Assembly: GCA_964016885.1 (NCBI GenBank) | Contig: OZ024741.1 | Span: 293,074,001-293,138,000 of the forward strand | Source: Eledone cirrhosa | Lineage: Eukaryota | Reading direction: 5' to 3' | DNA: 64,000 bases | In this document: one piece after another, positions 42,880-56,899 of the stretch | Position numbering within the stretch: position 1 is the first letter of the stretch | Layout of the letters: every line of letters starts with the position of its first letter | Position numbers and translations under genes: made by a program | The notes under the pieces: generated by a model | Databases searched by the model: none | What the model was told of the DNA's origin: nothing | Seen by the model: the letters and a program-made list of their open reading frames with translations, nothing else

Positions 42880-43555
42880 TATTATTTGTTCGTGAACGGC
42901 AAAGCATAAACGAACTAAGGAAAAAATTAGAGATAAGAGGGATCAGATGTTGTTTACTCGAGAGAAGGCTGCGTTGGTATGGACACGTGATGCGCATGAA
43001 AGTCGATAGCTGTATTACAAAGTGCAGGGCAATAAAGATAGACGGTAGCCACGGAATAGGCAGACCTAGAAAAACATGGGATGAGCTGATAAACTCCGAC
43101 CTCATACACTTACACCTCTCCAAGACAATGTCACTGGACCGTGACCTTTGGCGGTACTCAGTAACAGAGAAGACCCGCCTTGCCAGTAGGCATCTCTAAC
43201 AAACTACACCCCGTCCCGCCACCACCCCTACCCCATCCACACCACCCCGTTCCATGTAAAGTTATGTTGGTGCCGCGCCATCCAGGCCGAAACAAACGAG
43301 ATCGTGTAGGTGTCACGACAAAAAAACACACAGTCCACGCTGTAATGTGGCCGTGTAGGCAACACGGTAAAAACCTCCCAGACCCACACTGTAAATGTGG
43401 TTGGTGTTAGGAAGGGCATCCAACTGTAGAAAATCTGCCAGACAGTCCTATGCGAGCAAGACAATCACTCTTGCCTCAAGTGGGACTACCCCCGTCCAAA
43501 CCCATGCAAGCGTGGAACACGGACGTTAAACGTTGATGATGATGATGATGATGAT
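42880..43555 (+). mobile_element. RTE subfamily A 3' fragment
   Basis: RERQSINELRKKL..RLRWYGHVMRM..GRPRKTW, then 3'UTR and (GAT)n. Confidence 0.88.
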
Positions 43556-43875
43556 ATATATATGTGAAAGAATATAAATATTATAAAATAAATATTTTAT
43601 ATATAAAAAAATTTGGAATACGACAAATAATAAATAAAAATATATATATATTTAGAAAAGGGTATAAATGCCCATAGCAGGCCTAGAGCACTCAACAAGT
43701 TCATGGAGCAAAAGATCAATGAAAATAATCATCAAATCACTATATATAATGATGCACATACATACACCCTTATACATATATACATATACATACACACACA
43801 CACATAAATATATATACATACACACACACACAAAAAAAACCCAACCACAGAAATACAAACACACATACAAAAACG

Positions 43876-43945
<70 letters not shown>

Positions 43946-44302
43946 TAGGAAGAAGCCTGCCCCTACGGCAGAGCTCAAGCCTTTTCTGACGCTATTATAT
44001 AAAAACACGCAAAACCATTATATAAAAAATTAATATCTAAAAATAAAAAAATTTGTGGTATGTGAAGGGTAAGCCAAAAAAATAAGGGGGAAAAGGAGGG
44101 GGAAAAATGACATAGGAAAAGGTTTAAATATAAGGGGAGATAAGGGAGAAAGAGAATACAAGAGTACAGCAGGTAACAAAACAGTAGTAGAAGTAAAGAG
44201 CAGAGTAGGAGTTCAAGGTGGTTGAGTTATCATTCATACATATATATATATGTATATGTATATATATATATTTGTATATATATATTTATATATATATATT
44301 TG

Positions 44303-44333
<31 letters not shown>

Positions 44334-44337
44334 GTAT

Positions 44338-44460
<123 letters not shown>

Positions 44461-44540
44461 AATTGTATATGTATGTATATGTATATATATATTTGTATAT
44501 ATATATGCATATATATATATTTGTATGTATAAATATATAT

Positions 44541-44680
44541 AGTCCAGAAATAGCCGTCGAAACGGCTTGAGCTCTGCTGTCGGTGTCATACTTTTTCCTA
44601 TTACCCATTCTACTACCCTAAGTATTGAGTACTCTGGTGCGTTATGGTCCATCTGGTTCCTTACCACAATTCCTTCATTA
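44541..44680 (+). repeat. single arm of the 62466-62827 palindromic element
   Basis: GTCCAGAAATAGCCGTCGAAACGGCTTGAGCTC...TTCCTTCATT inside (TA)n; related diverged piece at 43945-43998 (-). Confidence 0.75.
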
Positions 44681-44705
44681 TATATATATATATATATGTA
44701 TATAC

Positions 44706-44748
<43 letters not shown>

Positions 44749-44887
44749 AATGAAAGGTATAGAAAGTATTGTAGCAAGAAGCCAACAATACTCCATAATA
44801 TATATAATATATATATGTATATATATGTATATATATGTATATATATATACATGTATGTTTATATATGTATATGTATATATATACATG

Positions 44888-44986
<99 letters not shown>

Positions 44987-45069
44987 ATATATATATATTT
45001 ATATATATACATGTAAGTATATGTATGTATATATAGCTTTGCCTTTCATCTATAAGAGATCAATAAAAT

Positions 45070-45262
45070 AATTGTTTCTACTTTTGACACAAGGCCAGCA
45101 ATTATCCCAGTGCATTGCTGGTACTTTATTTCATTGACTCCGTACGGATGAAAGGCAAAGTTAACCACGGCAGGATTTGAACTCAAACCGTAAAGGGCCG
45201 TAACTTTATGCTGCAAAGCATGGCGTCCGACCCTCTACTGATACTGCCAATCCATTACCCCA
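45070..45262 (-). mobile_element. SINE family 1 copy
   Basis: reverse complement of 157-349; flanking direct repeat ATCAATAAAATA (TSD). Confidence 0.85.
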
Positions 45263-45748
45263 TCAATAAAATACTGCACCAATAACATACTGGGTTTGAT
45301 TTAATGAACTTTCCCTTTCCCCAAAATTGCTGGCCTTGTGCCTAAATCAGAAACCATTTTTTTATAGCAATCGACTGTGGTTGCAGTTATTTTCTGCATT
45401 CCAGATTTCTACATTTTCTTTGAATATAACATTAGCTATTTGAATGAAAATATAAACTAAATTACATTATGAAAGAAATATAGTAAATTGGTAAGGACTT
45501 TGTAAATTTCCAGTTGTTCATGGCATGGAGGCCCAGTAGGCGTTAGTAACATACATACATCCAAGTCAAATATTTTGATACCAAGGATAAATAGATATTG
45601 GTGCTTCTCAGGCTAAAAATCTATCCACAAAATTGCCAATCTGTGTACACATATGCATACCACTTATATAATATATACGTGAATGTGTGTGTGAGTGTGT
45701 ATAAATACATATGTATATATATATGTGTGTGTATGTATGTGTTTATAT

Positions 45749-45781
<33 letters not shown>

Positions 45782-45782
45782 T

Positions 45783-46256
45783 CTGACCTCACACACTTAC
45801 ACCTCTCCAAGACAATGTCACTGGACCGAGATCTTTGGCACTACGCAGTAATACAGAAGACCCGCCTTGCCTAAGTACAAAGCGAAACCTACAGTCAGTA
45901 GGCACCTCTTAACCAAAATACACCCCTGTCCCACTACCCCTACCACCATCTACACCACCCCTTTCGATGTAAAGCTATGTTGGTACCACAACATCCAGTC
46001 CTAAATAAATAAGGTTGTGTAGGTGTCACGACAAAAAAACACACAGTCCACGCTGTAATATGGCCGTGTAGGTAACACGGTAAAAACCTCCCGGTCCACA
46101 CTGTAAACGTGGTTGGTGTTGGGAGGGGCATCCAGCCGTAGAAAACCTGCCAGACAGTCCTATACGAGCGAGACAACCAATCTTGCCTCAAGTGGGACAA
46201 TTCCCGTCCAGACCCATGCTAGCGTGGAAGATGGATGTTAAACGATGATGATGATG
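45783..46256 (+). mobile_element. RTE subfamily A 3' fragment
   Basis: homologous to 24345-24822. Confidence 0.85.
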
Positions 46257-46317
46257 AATATGTTAAGTATATTTTTATTGAGGGAATTGTATCTTCATTT
46301 CCTTCAGTGTGTGTGTA

Positions 46318-46351
<34 letters not shown>

Positions 46352-46484
46352 AAACATGAGAAGAAAGAAGAATACTGCGTGGTTTGCACATGGGTTACAT
46401 ATGATAAAAATAGTCCTTCGTCAGTGATTTTCCAACCAACATTGGTATTTCATCGACACACACACTGAAGGAAATGAAGATACA

Positions 46485-46516
<32 letters not shown>

Positions 46517-46975
46517 TGAAGGAAATGAAGATACAATTCCCTCAATAAAAATATACTTATGTAGACATTACTAGTATTATAGCTATGCATACATACTCAC
46601 ATACTAATATGTAAATAGTTATATTAACACATATGTATACATATGAACACAAAAACATACGCACTTATGCACACATAAATACATATTGGCATAGATAGAA
46701 ATGGGAACACACACACAGCACACATATTCTTGCTTAGATGTATATATCGGAACTTAAAGACTGTTCAAAAGGCAGGAAGTCTATAATTTCAAATAGGATG
46801 TTGAGGTTAGAATTAAAGGAGAGAATCTTTCATAAGAGATTCCCACAAATACATATGTGAGGAATTGTCTGCTTTAATCAGGATTTGATTACATAGTAAA
46901 CACCTGTCAGATATTAAGAATACATATATATATATATGTGTGTGTATGTATGTGTGTGTATGTGTGCTTGCATGC

Positions 46976-47026
<51 letters not shown>

Positions 47027-47600
47027 GTACACATATTCACACACTCACACATATATAAATGTTTGTAAAGATTTTGTGTATGGAAGTGTATATATATATA
47101 TGTATGTATGTATGTATGTGTATAGATATGTATATATGCAATATCTTATAAACATTTATACATATAAAACCAGTAGTTTACACAATTATACATCTTTGGA
47201 AATGTGAAAAATGTGGTGTGGAAAAAATCTGTGTTGAAAAAGTCTATATGTATGTGTATAAAAGCAAATCTGTCTGCATATATGCAGACCTAAATCTGCC
47301 TGTATTATTTAAAACCTTTCCATCATAATTTTATGGAAGCAATTTTGCTAATCTCTGTTTCAAAGAGCAATTTAATAATAAGAAAACTAGTCATTTTACA
47401 AACTTCCTTGAACTCCCTGACTATTTTCAAAATGATTTGAAAAACATGGGCAGAGTCTTTCATTAGAAATATATTAATGGATGAGCTAAAGGAACTCATC
47501 CCTTTTTATTTTTTTGCATTCATTGATAAGCAATTAATGAAGATTCTGACTTTAGCTATGCAATTAATAGATGTTTAGATATACAATTCTGTCATAGAAA

Positions 47601-47790
47601 TAATTGTTTCTACTTTAGGCACAAGGCCAGCAATTACCCAGTACATTACTGGTACTTTATTTTATCGACCCCGTAAGGATGAAAGGCAAAGTTAACCTCG
47701 GCGGGATTTGAACTCAGACTGTAAAGGGACGTAACTATGCTAGAAAGCATGGCGTCCAACCCTCTACCAATACTGCCAATTCACCGCCCT
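47601..47790 (-). mobile_element. SINE family 1 copy with 18-bp TSD
   Basis: TTCTGTCATAGAAATAAT at 47587 and 47790. Confidence 0.88.
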
Positions 47791-49679
47791 TCTGTCATAG
47801 AAATAATAATCACATTGTAGGGGACACGTTCATTTGAGGTGCCAGCTGTCTGGGCTTTGCAGAACTTATGTTTAGTTTCTGCTACTTGAATGTGTCTCTC
47901 TTGTGAGGTTTTTTTAATCTTTGCTGATGACGATGTGCCAACACTACAAGTTTAACTCTTTTGATAGCAGCCCACCTGAAACTACTTTTAGTTTTATGAT
48001 AGAAAATTTGTTCGTTTTAAAGTGTTTATATTTATCTAAACAATATATATATAAAATCATTTTATTTTAGAAACTTTATCTTTCGAACAAAAGATGAATA
48101 ATAAGAAAGTTTGTTGTTTTAATCAATTTAAATTCTTGGTTATTTTCAAAATTAATTGAAAATCATGTGTACTGTTTTTCATTAGAAATATTGTCATAAA
48201 CCAGTTAAGGAAATTGTATAAATTATACAATGATGCAGTGTAATCCACTGGTGAGCTGTAGCTGCACTTAACCACGAAACCATTTTGAAATAAATTAAAT
48301 ATGGGGTTTGATTCCTCATAGCAGCTGATGGCAACTTCTTTCTCCATCTTTCAGGATCTTCACCCTATTTCTTAAGCTATTTTATAGCATCTCTATACAT
48401 GAGCACACTTTTTTTTATTAAAAAAAAATATATTTACATTTCACACCTCAGTGTCACATGAGGTTTCATCTCATAGGAAGTTTCACAGGTGCTTTAAACC
48501 TTTTGATACCAAACTGCCTTGCTCAGCTTCTACAACACAAAACTGTTTATTATAACATATTTATATTTATTTCATGTAAGATCTTAGATCTTAATAATGA
48601 GAGTGATATGTTACTAAATCCTTCCAAATTCTTAATTAATTGAAAACCATACACAGTGTATTTCATTAGAAATATAGCAAGGAATAAGTTAATGATAAGG
48701 GCCTTCAGCACTATTATTATGACACCCCTTTACAACAAGGTGGGCTGTTGTTATGTGAGGTAAGAATCATCATCATCATCATCATCATCATCTTCGTTAA
48801 CGTCCATCTCCCATGCAGCAACAAAAGTATGGCATCTAAAGGATACAAACAGATCAGTACCATTGACAACATTGAAAGTATCGACCTCTCTGATTGATAC
48901 TCAGGCACTTTATTGATTCACCATTGTTCTCAACTCTAAAATCAATGTAAAACAGTTTTTTAAAAAGTCACAAACAATAACAATAATAAAAGAAGAAAAC
49001 AAATTGTTTAACTAACTAGCTCATTTGTCTTAATCATCCTTTGGCCTACTGAATCTTCACTCTCTCCTCTCTGACTTTACCTTTATCTCTGTCTCATTCT
49101 CTCCTCTTTGCTACTTTCTCCTCTCTGTCTCTTTATCTCTATTTATCTCTCCTCTCTGTTACTTTCTTCTCTCTGTTACTTTCTTCTCTCTGTCTCTCAC
49201 CTATAATTACCTGCCTGCTGCTGCTATTTCTGTTCTCATCCATTATTGGTAGTAACAGTATAACAGTATAACAGTACAACTGTATAACAGTTCTATGTCT
49301 AATTGGCTTGCTATAATTCATGTTCTCCACCCCTGCCACCACCACCACCACCACATTCTACCTACCAGTCCATACCAGCTGAAATCATTTGTTCTGATTT
49401 CTGCTGTCACCTTATTGATTTAATCTCCTTGAAAAACTAAAACTTCTCTTTCCAAATGTTCATTTTGGTTAAAGAATCAGTTATAGCCAACCTCACAAAC
49501 ACATAGAATCCAATGTTACCATATCTTTATCTTATGGGGTCGATAAAATAAAGTACCAGTAATGCACTGGGTAATTGCTGGTCTTGTGCCAAAAGTAGAA
49601 ACAATTATTTTATTATATTTGTTTGTTTTTGTATGTGTGTGTGTCCGAGTGCATATAAATGAATGTGTATATATGAATG

Positions 49680-50015
49680 TGTTCAAGTACATACATGTGT
49701 GTTCAAATGTATATATGTGCTGTATATGTGTGTGTGTTCAAATGTATATATGTGCTGTATGTGTGTGTTCAAATGTATATATGTGCTGTATATATGTGTG
49801 GGTATTCAAATGTATATATGTACTGCACATGTGTGTGTCTGAGTGTATATATGTACTGCATATGTGTGTGTCTGAGTGTATATATATGTACTGTATATAT
49901 GTGTGTGTCTGAGTGTATATATGTACTGTATATGTGTGTCTTAGTGCATATATGTACAGTATATATGTGTCTGAGTGCATATATGCATGCATATGAGTGC
50001 ATATATGTGTGTATA
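49680..50015. repeat. degenerate ~26-30-bp minisatellite
   Basis: recurring GTGTTCAAATGTATATATGTGCTG / GTCTGAGTGTATATATGTACTG. Confidence 0.7.
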
Positions 50016-51162
50016 TGAATTGCTTATATATGTTATATATCAATGAATGTAAATATATGTGTTTCTGTTATTTAATCTTTATTGGTTCGTCTTGGTTTAT
50101 ATATATTTTGTTAAATGTATTTTATATCCTTTGCTGCTGTGATATTTCCACCCATGTGTAATGTTTTATTGAATTACCAAAGTAACTTTATTGTGTGTTA
50201 ATTATTTATCTTCAGGATCACTGGCTAAAGAATTAGAATTAATGGCATTTGTGAATGGAGTGTAAGTGTGTGTAAGTGTGTGTAAGTGTCTAAAGTGTGT
50301 GTGGTTTTTGCTTTGCATTTAGATTATTTTCATCCTTGTTTTTTTATTTTGGGTGTTTTTTTATTGACTATTTTTGAGATTGCTAATGAATGGCACCAAA
50401 CAGCACTGTCTACTTCTAATGACATCAGACATAATGTCTGATAGCAATAGAACCTAATGAATCAGACATAGCACTCTCTGATACCAATGCCACCAAACAT
50501 CGCAATGTCTGATAGCAGTGTCACCAAACATAAGATGTGTGATAACAAATTTTCTTCTTCTGTATGTACATACAGTACCTAGGTTTCACTATGAATATAC
50601 ACTTGGGTATGTCCATGTCTGTGTTAATATTTATGTTTATGTAATAAATCAATGAAGTAGGTATCTGACTTGAAAACAAAGTACTGGTGCTGTCTTAACA
50701 TGACCACAGTCTAATGACTTAAACTGGTAAAAGAATAATAGAATATTATTATTGTCATCTTTCTTTTTGTTAATCTTAAATTCAATAGTTGGAAACGTTA
50801 CACAATTATCTAGTGAAGTATGAATACAGAGTTAATGATGGTGGAGGATGTCATTGGTGATGGCCATGGTGAGATTCTAGAGAGAGAAAAGAGTGGTAGG
50901 CCATGCCATTACAACATTTGAAAATGCAGTTTGAATGATTGGCTAAACAAAACGAAAAGCAAAGAAACAAAAAGAAAAACAAAATAATACAGTATAGGAA
51001 ATAAACAAAAGTAAAATCAGTATACATCACAACTGACTTGCTGCTGTCATTTTGAGTGAAGTTTTAAGGATGAAATGAGTGAAATTTGCCAACTTAAATA
51101 ATGAAAATAATCTTTTGAATGGATTTCATATAAAATGTATAAGAAACTAATTTGTATATATG

Positions 51163-51231
<69 letters not shown>

Positions 51232-51341
51232 CATGCATATTTATATGTATATATATAATATTTGCTATTATATATATATAATCAAGATTTTAAATATACT
51301 TCTCTAATTCTCTCTCTCTATACATATATATATATATATAA

Positions 51342-51382
<41 letters not shown>

Positions 51383-51556
51383 ATACTTGGGGAGGGTCAT
51401 ATTGTTGCAATAATATTGCCAGAAATAATAACAGAACACACTCACTGTTTGGTTGGTTTTTGGTTCAGTATCTTTTATATGTATATATATATGTATATAT
51501 ATGTATATATATATATATAGATACTCATATATGTATATATATATAGATATATGAAT

Positions 51557-52076
51557 GTATGTATAGTATATTAGGCAATGTAACGTGTGTTTAATTAAAA
51601 ACATTTTGAAGACCATGCGCTATGATTTTTAAAGTAGTGACTATGTCACTTCTTTTTTTCGGCAAAAGATGGGAGAGAAGCTGACAGTCTGATTCACACT
51701 GTTGGTGATCATCAGAGCAATGTACTCCCCCCGCCTTTGCCGAAAACTATAGAAGTTGGATTCTTATAGAATTCCAGTAATAATCAGGAGCTGATTACAC
51801 AGAGCGATTGCCGGCCCAGCAAAAATTAGGTATTAGGATTGGTGCTCCTCTCTCACTAGTCCCTACTTTAAAAATGATAGCACAAAGTCTTCAAAATATT
51901 TTTAATTAAACATACGGTATATTGCCAAATATATTATACATACCTTCATGTATACATCGCTATTTCAGAGCACCAATCCTAATACCAAACTTTTGCTGGA
52001 CCATCAATTGCTCTGTATAATCAGCTCCTGATTATTACTGGAGTTCTATAAGAATCCAGCTTCTATAATTTTCGGG
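51557..52076. mobile_element. retrozyme-like unit (~310 bp) with inversion and HHR-like motif
   Basis: 51557-51643 inverts 51857-51942 and 51740-51846 inverts 51968-52075; minus strand 51658-51744 reads TTCGGCAAAG..GGGAG..GCT-CTGATGA-T-CAC caaca GTG-T-GAAT-CAGACT-GTC-AGC..CTCCC..TTTTGCCGAA. Confidence 0.7.
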
Positions 52077-52084
52077 ATAGATAG

Positions 52085-52363
52085 TAGTGTGTGAGAGAGG
52101 AGACTGCAATGGTATGGACATGTGATGCATATGGAGGATGACCGATGGGTGAAGAAGTGCCAGGAAATGCCAGTTGAAGGAAGACGTGGTAGAGGTAGAC
52201 CACGAAAAACATGGGCGGAGGTGGTGAGAGCAGACCTCAGATTGCTGAAGTTCAGAGTAGAGATGACGAAGGACTATGACAAGTGGAGAGATGCTGTGCT
52301 GATTAGGACCCGTCCCACCCTTGCAAGCAGGGAAAAGCGGATGTAAAATGATGATGATGATGA
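52085..52363 (+). mobile_element. RTE subfamily B 3' fragment
   Basis: RRLQWYGHVMHMEDDRWVKKC..GRPRKTW; short 3'UTR and (GAT)n. Confidence 0.88.
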
Positions 52364-52381
52364 TATGTATATATATGTATA

Positions 52382-54138
52382 TCATCATCATCATTTTACA
52401 TCCGCTTTTCCCTGCTTGCAAGGATTGGACGGGTCTTATTCAGCACTTGTCACGGTCCTTCATCATCTCTTCCGTGAGTTTCAGCAATCTGAGGTCTGCT
52501 CTCACCACCTCTGCCCATGTTTTTCGTGGTCTACCACTACTGCATCTTCCTTCTACTGGCATTTCTTGGCACTTCTTTACCAGTGGTCATACTCAATGCG
52601 CATCACATGACCAAAACATCTCAGCCTTCTCTCCTACACACCACAAATTATCACTCTTATACCCAGTTTCTTTCTCAACTCATCTATGCTTGGTCGTTCA
52701 TGCACATTGGCATTGCATGTCCAACGGAGCATGCTTGCTTCATTTCTCTCCAGCCGTAGCATATCTTCTGCTGTTGCTGCCCATATCTTACTACCATGCA
52801 GCATCGTGCATCTCACACAGGCATCATATAACCGTACTTTCAAACGCAGGGAGAAACCCTTCTTTGTCAACAGAGGAAGCAGCTCCCTAAACTTCTTCCA
52901 ACCCATCCTTATTCTAGATACTATGGCCTCGGAACCCCCCCCCCCCCCCTCTCCCATGCTATTCTGATCACCTAAGTACCAGAAGACATCAACCACTTCT
53001 ATAGAACCCACCTGCATTGGAAAAATGTGTCTATCACTGCGATTCCTACTGCCAACTTACCCTGTACATCTACTGCATACATATTTCTCCCTACCTGTTA
53101 GTTTGCCTGCTATCACACTACATCTCTTGTGTACTCAGGATCTGCATTGTGTACATTTTATGGAATTTATGCCAGTTCTTTCCTACATATCGAACATGGC
53201 TATTTCCCTGATGGAATCAGAGTATTGTCCTCTTTTCTACTTATCAACACTTTTGTTTTAGCTATGTTCACTCTCAGTCCTCTTGATTCTAACTGCTGTT
53301 TCCATAGCCAGAATTTATTCTCTAGCTCCTCTACTGATTCTGCTATAAGAACAAGATCATCAACATAGAGAAGTTCCCATGGGCAGCCAGTCTTAAACTC
53401 CTCTGTTATGGCTTGGTGGACTATAATGAACAAGAGCGGGCTGAGGACCGAGTGATGATGTACACCTACTTGTATCTAGAATTCCTCACTAAACTCCATT
53501 CCAATTCTCACTTTACTGACAGCACCCCTGTACATAGCTTGCACTGTCCTCACAAGCCATTCCTCTACACCTAGTTTCCTTAGGGACCACCAGATGATAG
53601 TTCAGGATGCCCTATCAAAGGCCTCCTTTAGGTCAACAAAAGCTAACTATAGTGACATATTCTTCTCTAAGAACCTCTCTTGTAGTTGCCTCACTAAGAA
53701 GAGGGCATCTGTTGTACTTTGCCAAGGCACAATACCAAACTGCATCTCAGCTAATTTGACCCTTTCTCTCATCAGTTGCGCAAATATTCTCTCTGCCACT
53801 TTCAAAACCTGATCCATCAGCTTTATGCCCCTATAATTGCTCCTCTCTAGAGCATCCCCTTTAACTTTGTAGAAATTTATGAGAATACTGCTCCACCAGT
53901 CTTTGGGTATGACACCGCCATATATAGCTTGATTGATGATGCGTGCAACTAGTTTAGTGTCTACTTCTCCTGATGCTTTCAACATCTCAACAACTATGCC
54001 CGACGGTCCAGCAGCCTTACCATTCTTCATTTCCTTAATTGCCTCTTGTACCCTATATTCATCAATCTCAATAGCTGGTCCCTCTGTCGGGTCTACTGGT
54101 GGTAATTTCTCTCCGTCCCATTTGTTCTCCACATTCAT
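52382..54138 (-). mobile_element. RTE subfamily B LINE, truncated and disrupted
   Basis: ORFs 53647-54138, 53200-53433 (LLYVDDLVL) and 52634-53017. Confidence 0.9.
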
Positions 54139-54243
54139 ATGTATTTATATATATGTACATATATATGTATATATGTATATATATATGTACATATATATAT
54201 ATGTATACATATAGATGTATATATATACATATATATATATATA

Positions 54244-54632
54244 TCATCATCATCATCATCATCAACGTTTAACGTCCGTGTTCCATGCTTGCATGGGTTT
54301 GGACAGGGGTTTCCCCACTTGAGGCAAGAGTGATTATCTTGCTCGCATAGGACTATCTGGCGGGTTTTCTACAGCTGGATGCCGTTCCTAACACCAACCA
54401 CATTTACAGTGTGGGGCTGGGAGGTTTTTACCGTGTTGCCTACACGGCCACATTACAGCGTGGACTGTGTGTTTTTTGTCGTGACACCTACACGATCTCA
54501 TTTGTTTCGGCCTGGATGTTGTGGCACCAACATAACTTTACATTGAAAGGGGCGGTGTGGATGGGGTGGGGCTGGTGGGACGGGGGGTGTATTTTGTTAG
54601 AGATGCCTACTGACTGTAGTAGGTTTTACTTT
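54244..54632 (-). mobile_element. RTE subfamily A 3'UTR fragment
   Basis: homologous to 751-1135. Confidence 0.85.
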
Positions 54633-54782
54633 GTATATATGTATATATATAGATGTATATATGAACATATATATGTATATATATATGTATGTATATATAT
54701 ACGTACATATTTATGTTTATATATATATGTACATATATATATGTATATGTATGTATATATACGTATACATATGTATATATGA

Positions 54783-55001
54783 CAGTCGATTGACTTTCGT
54801 CAAATCGGACCGAGGAAACAATGTGTCCATTGGTCTTTCCAATTGCTTATACTATCTATCAGTCGCAACTCCAGGTAGAAGGAGCAATGTGAAATAAAGT
54901 GTCTCGCCCAAGGACATAACGCATCGCCCGGTCCAGGAATCGAACTCACAACCTGATGGTTGCGAGTTGAATTTTCTTACCACTCAGCCATGCGCCTTCA
55001 C
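54783..55001 (-). mobile_element. SINE family 4 copy
   Basis: TGGCTGAGTGG, GAGTTCGATTCC, core and tail as at 28008. Confidence 0.75.
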
Positions 55002-55021
55002 AATATATATATATATACATA

Positions 55022-55091
<70 letters not shown>

Positions 55092-55184
55092 TAAATATAT
55101 ATGTATAAATATATATATACGTATATATGTATATATGTATAAATATATATACAAATATATATATGTATGTATATATGTATAAAT

Positions 55185-56492
55185 CACCATCATCATCATC
55201 ACTATTTTACGTCCGTTCTTCCACGCTAGCATGGGTTAGACGGGTTGTCCTGTTGTGGGCAGTGTCCGGTCGGCTGACCATACCTAGCTCATACAGGAAC
55301 TGATTCTGGCTTGATTTCTACAGCTGGATGCCCTTCCTAACACCAACCTCATTTACAGTGAGTGCTGGGTGCTTTTTTCCGTGGCGCCTATACCTCCACT
55401 TTGCAGTGGGAGGGAGTGGGGGCATATTGTCTATATGCTTCAGCTTCGGCTTGTACCCGTGGGGAATCGGGTCTTCTGTATTACTGTGTGACGCCAGAGG
55501 TGTAATTGAGTAAGGTCAGCTTTTAACACCTCATCCCAGGTCTCCCCATCTTGGGTCTCCCCACTCCACGCTTTCCATCGACTTTTAGTTCTCTGCACCT
55601 TTTTATGCAGCTGTCATCCTTCATATGCATCACATATCCATACCAACACAACCACCTCTCCTGCACACAGCATTTGATTCCTCTTATGCTCAGTCTCTCT
55701 CTCTCAATTCATTTATGCTTTGCCGTTTGTGTATATTACTATTACACAACCATCGGAGCATGCAAGCTTCGTTTCTTTCTAATCTACGCAAGTCTTCCAC
55801 AGACAGCACCCAGGTCTCACTACCATGTAATATTGCTGTTCGTATACACCCATCATAGTGTCTGCCTTTCATTTTGAGGGAAAAGCCTTTTGCAGCTGGG
55901 AGTGGCAGTAGCTCCCTGAACTTCTTCCATCCCGTTCTTACCCTAGTTATTTTACTTTCCGAACACCTACCTCTGCTGCTAATTCGGCCACCTAGGTAGC
56001 AGAAGCTGTCTACTGTTTCTACAGAGCCCTCCCAGAGTTTGGTGTTACTTGTTTCCTGTGGCTGTTTGCTAGTTGCCGTCCCAGCACAGTTGCTACATGT
56101 GAAGCCTACATTCTTAGTTAAGCTTCCTGAGATCCCGTTGCATCTCTTGTGTACCCATTGCATTTGGGGCAGAGAATGGAGTTCCTACCTACACCTTTCC
56201 TACACACTGAGCAAAGCCATTTCCCTGAGGGGATCTGGGTTCTGTTTTCTTGTCTACTTACAAGGACCTTAGTCTTTGTCAGGTTGGCCCTGAGACACTT
56301 TCTCTCTAGTCCCTGCTTCCATGTGTGGAATTTCTTCTCTAGTTCTAACATAGATTCAGCTATAAGTGGGAGGTCATCTGCCTACAGGTGTTCCCATGGG
56401 CATCCGGTCTTAAACTCCTCTGTTATTGCCAGCAGAACTATGATGAACAGGAGAGAGCTAAGAACAGAGCCCTGGTGGACACTGACCTGTAT
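55185..56492 (-). mobile_element. RTE subfamily C LINE fragment
   Basis: ORFs 56118-56351 and 55690-56163 (WKKFRELLP, LHGSETW); 3'UTR nearly identical to the SINE family 3 tail. Confidence 0.88.
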
Positions 56493-56899
56493 GCTAAATA
56501 TACATATAAATATATATATATGTATGTATATATGAATAAATATACATATAAATATATATATATATATATGTATGTATATATGTATATATATGTATGTATA
56601 TATACACACATATATATGTATATATGTTTGTATATATACGTACATATATATGTGCATATATATGTATGTATATATATGTACATATATGTGTATATGCATG
56701 TATATATATATACGTACATATATATGTGTATATATATATATATGTATATATACGTACATATATATGTATATATATATATGTAGTTTCATTAACAAATATA
56801 TCAATGTGCCCAGACACGCAGATATATTGCCCTTCGTATGACAGTGTGGTTTTACCTCAATGTAGGATAACTAGTATATTACAGAGCCGTTATAATTAT

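Noticed and set aside
50216-50261. Micro-exon candidate (TTCAG|...SLAKELELMAFVNG|GTAAGT)
   Set aside because: The donor lies in a GTAAGTGTGT repeat and there is no recognisable homology; too weak to call
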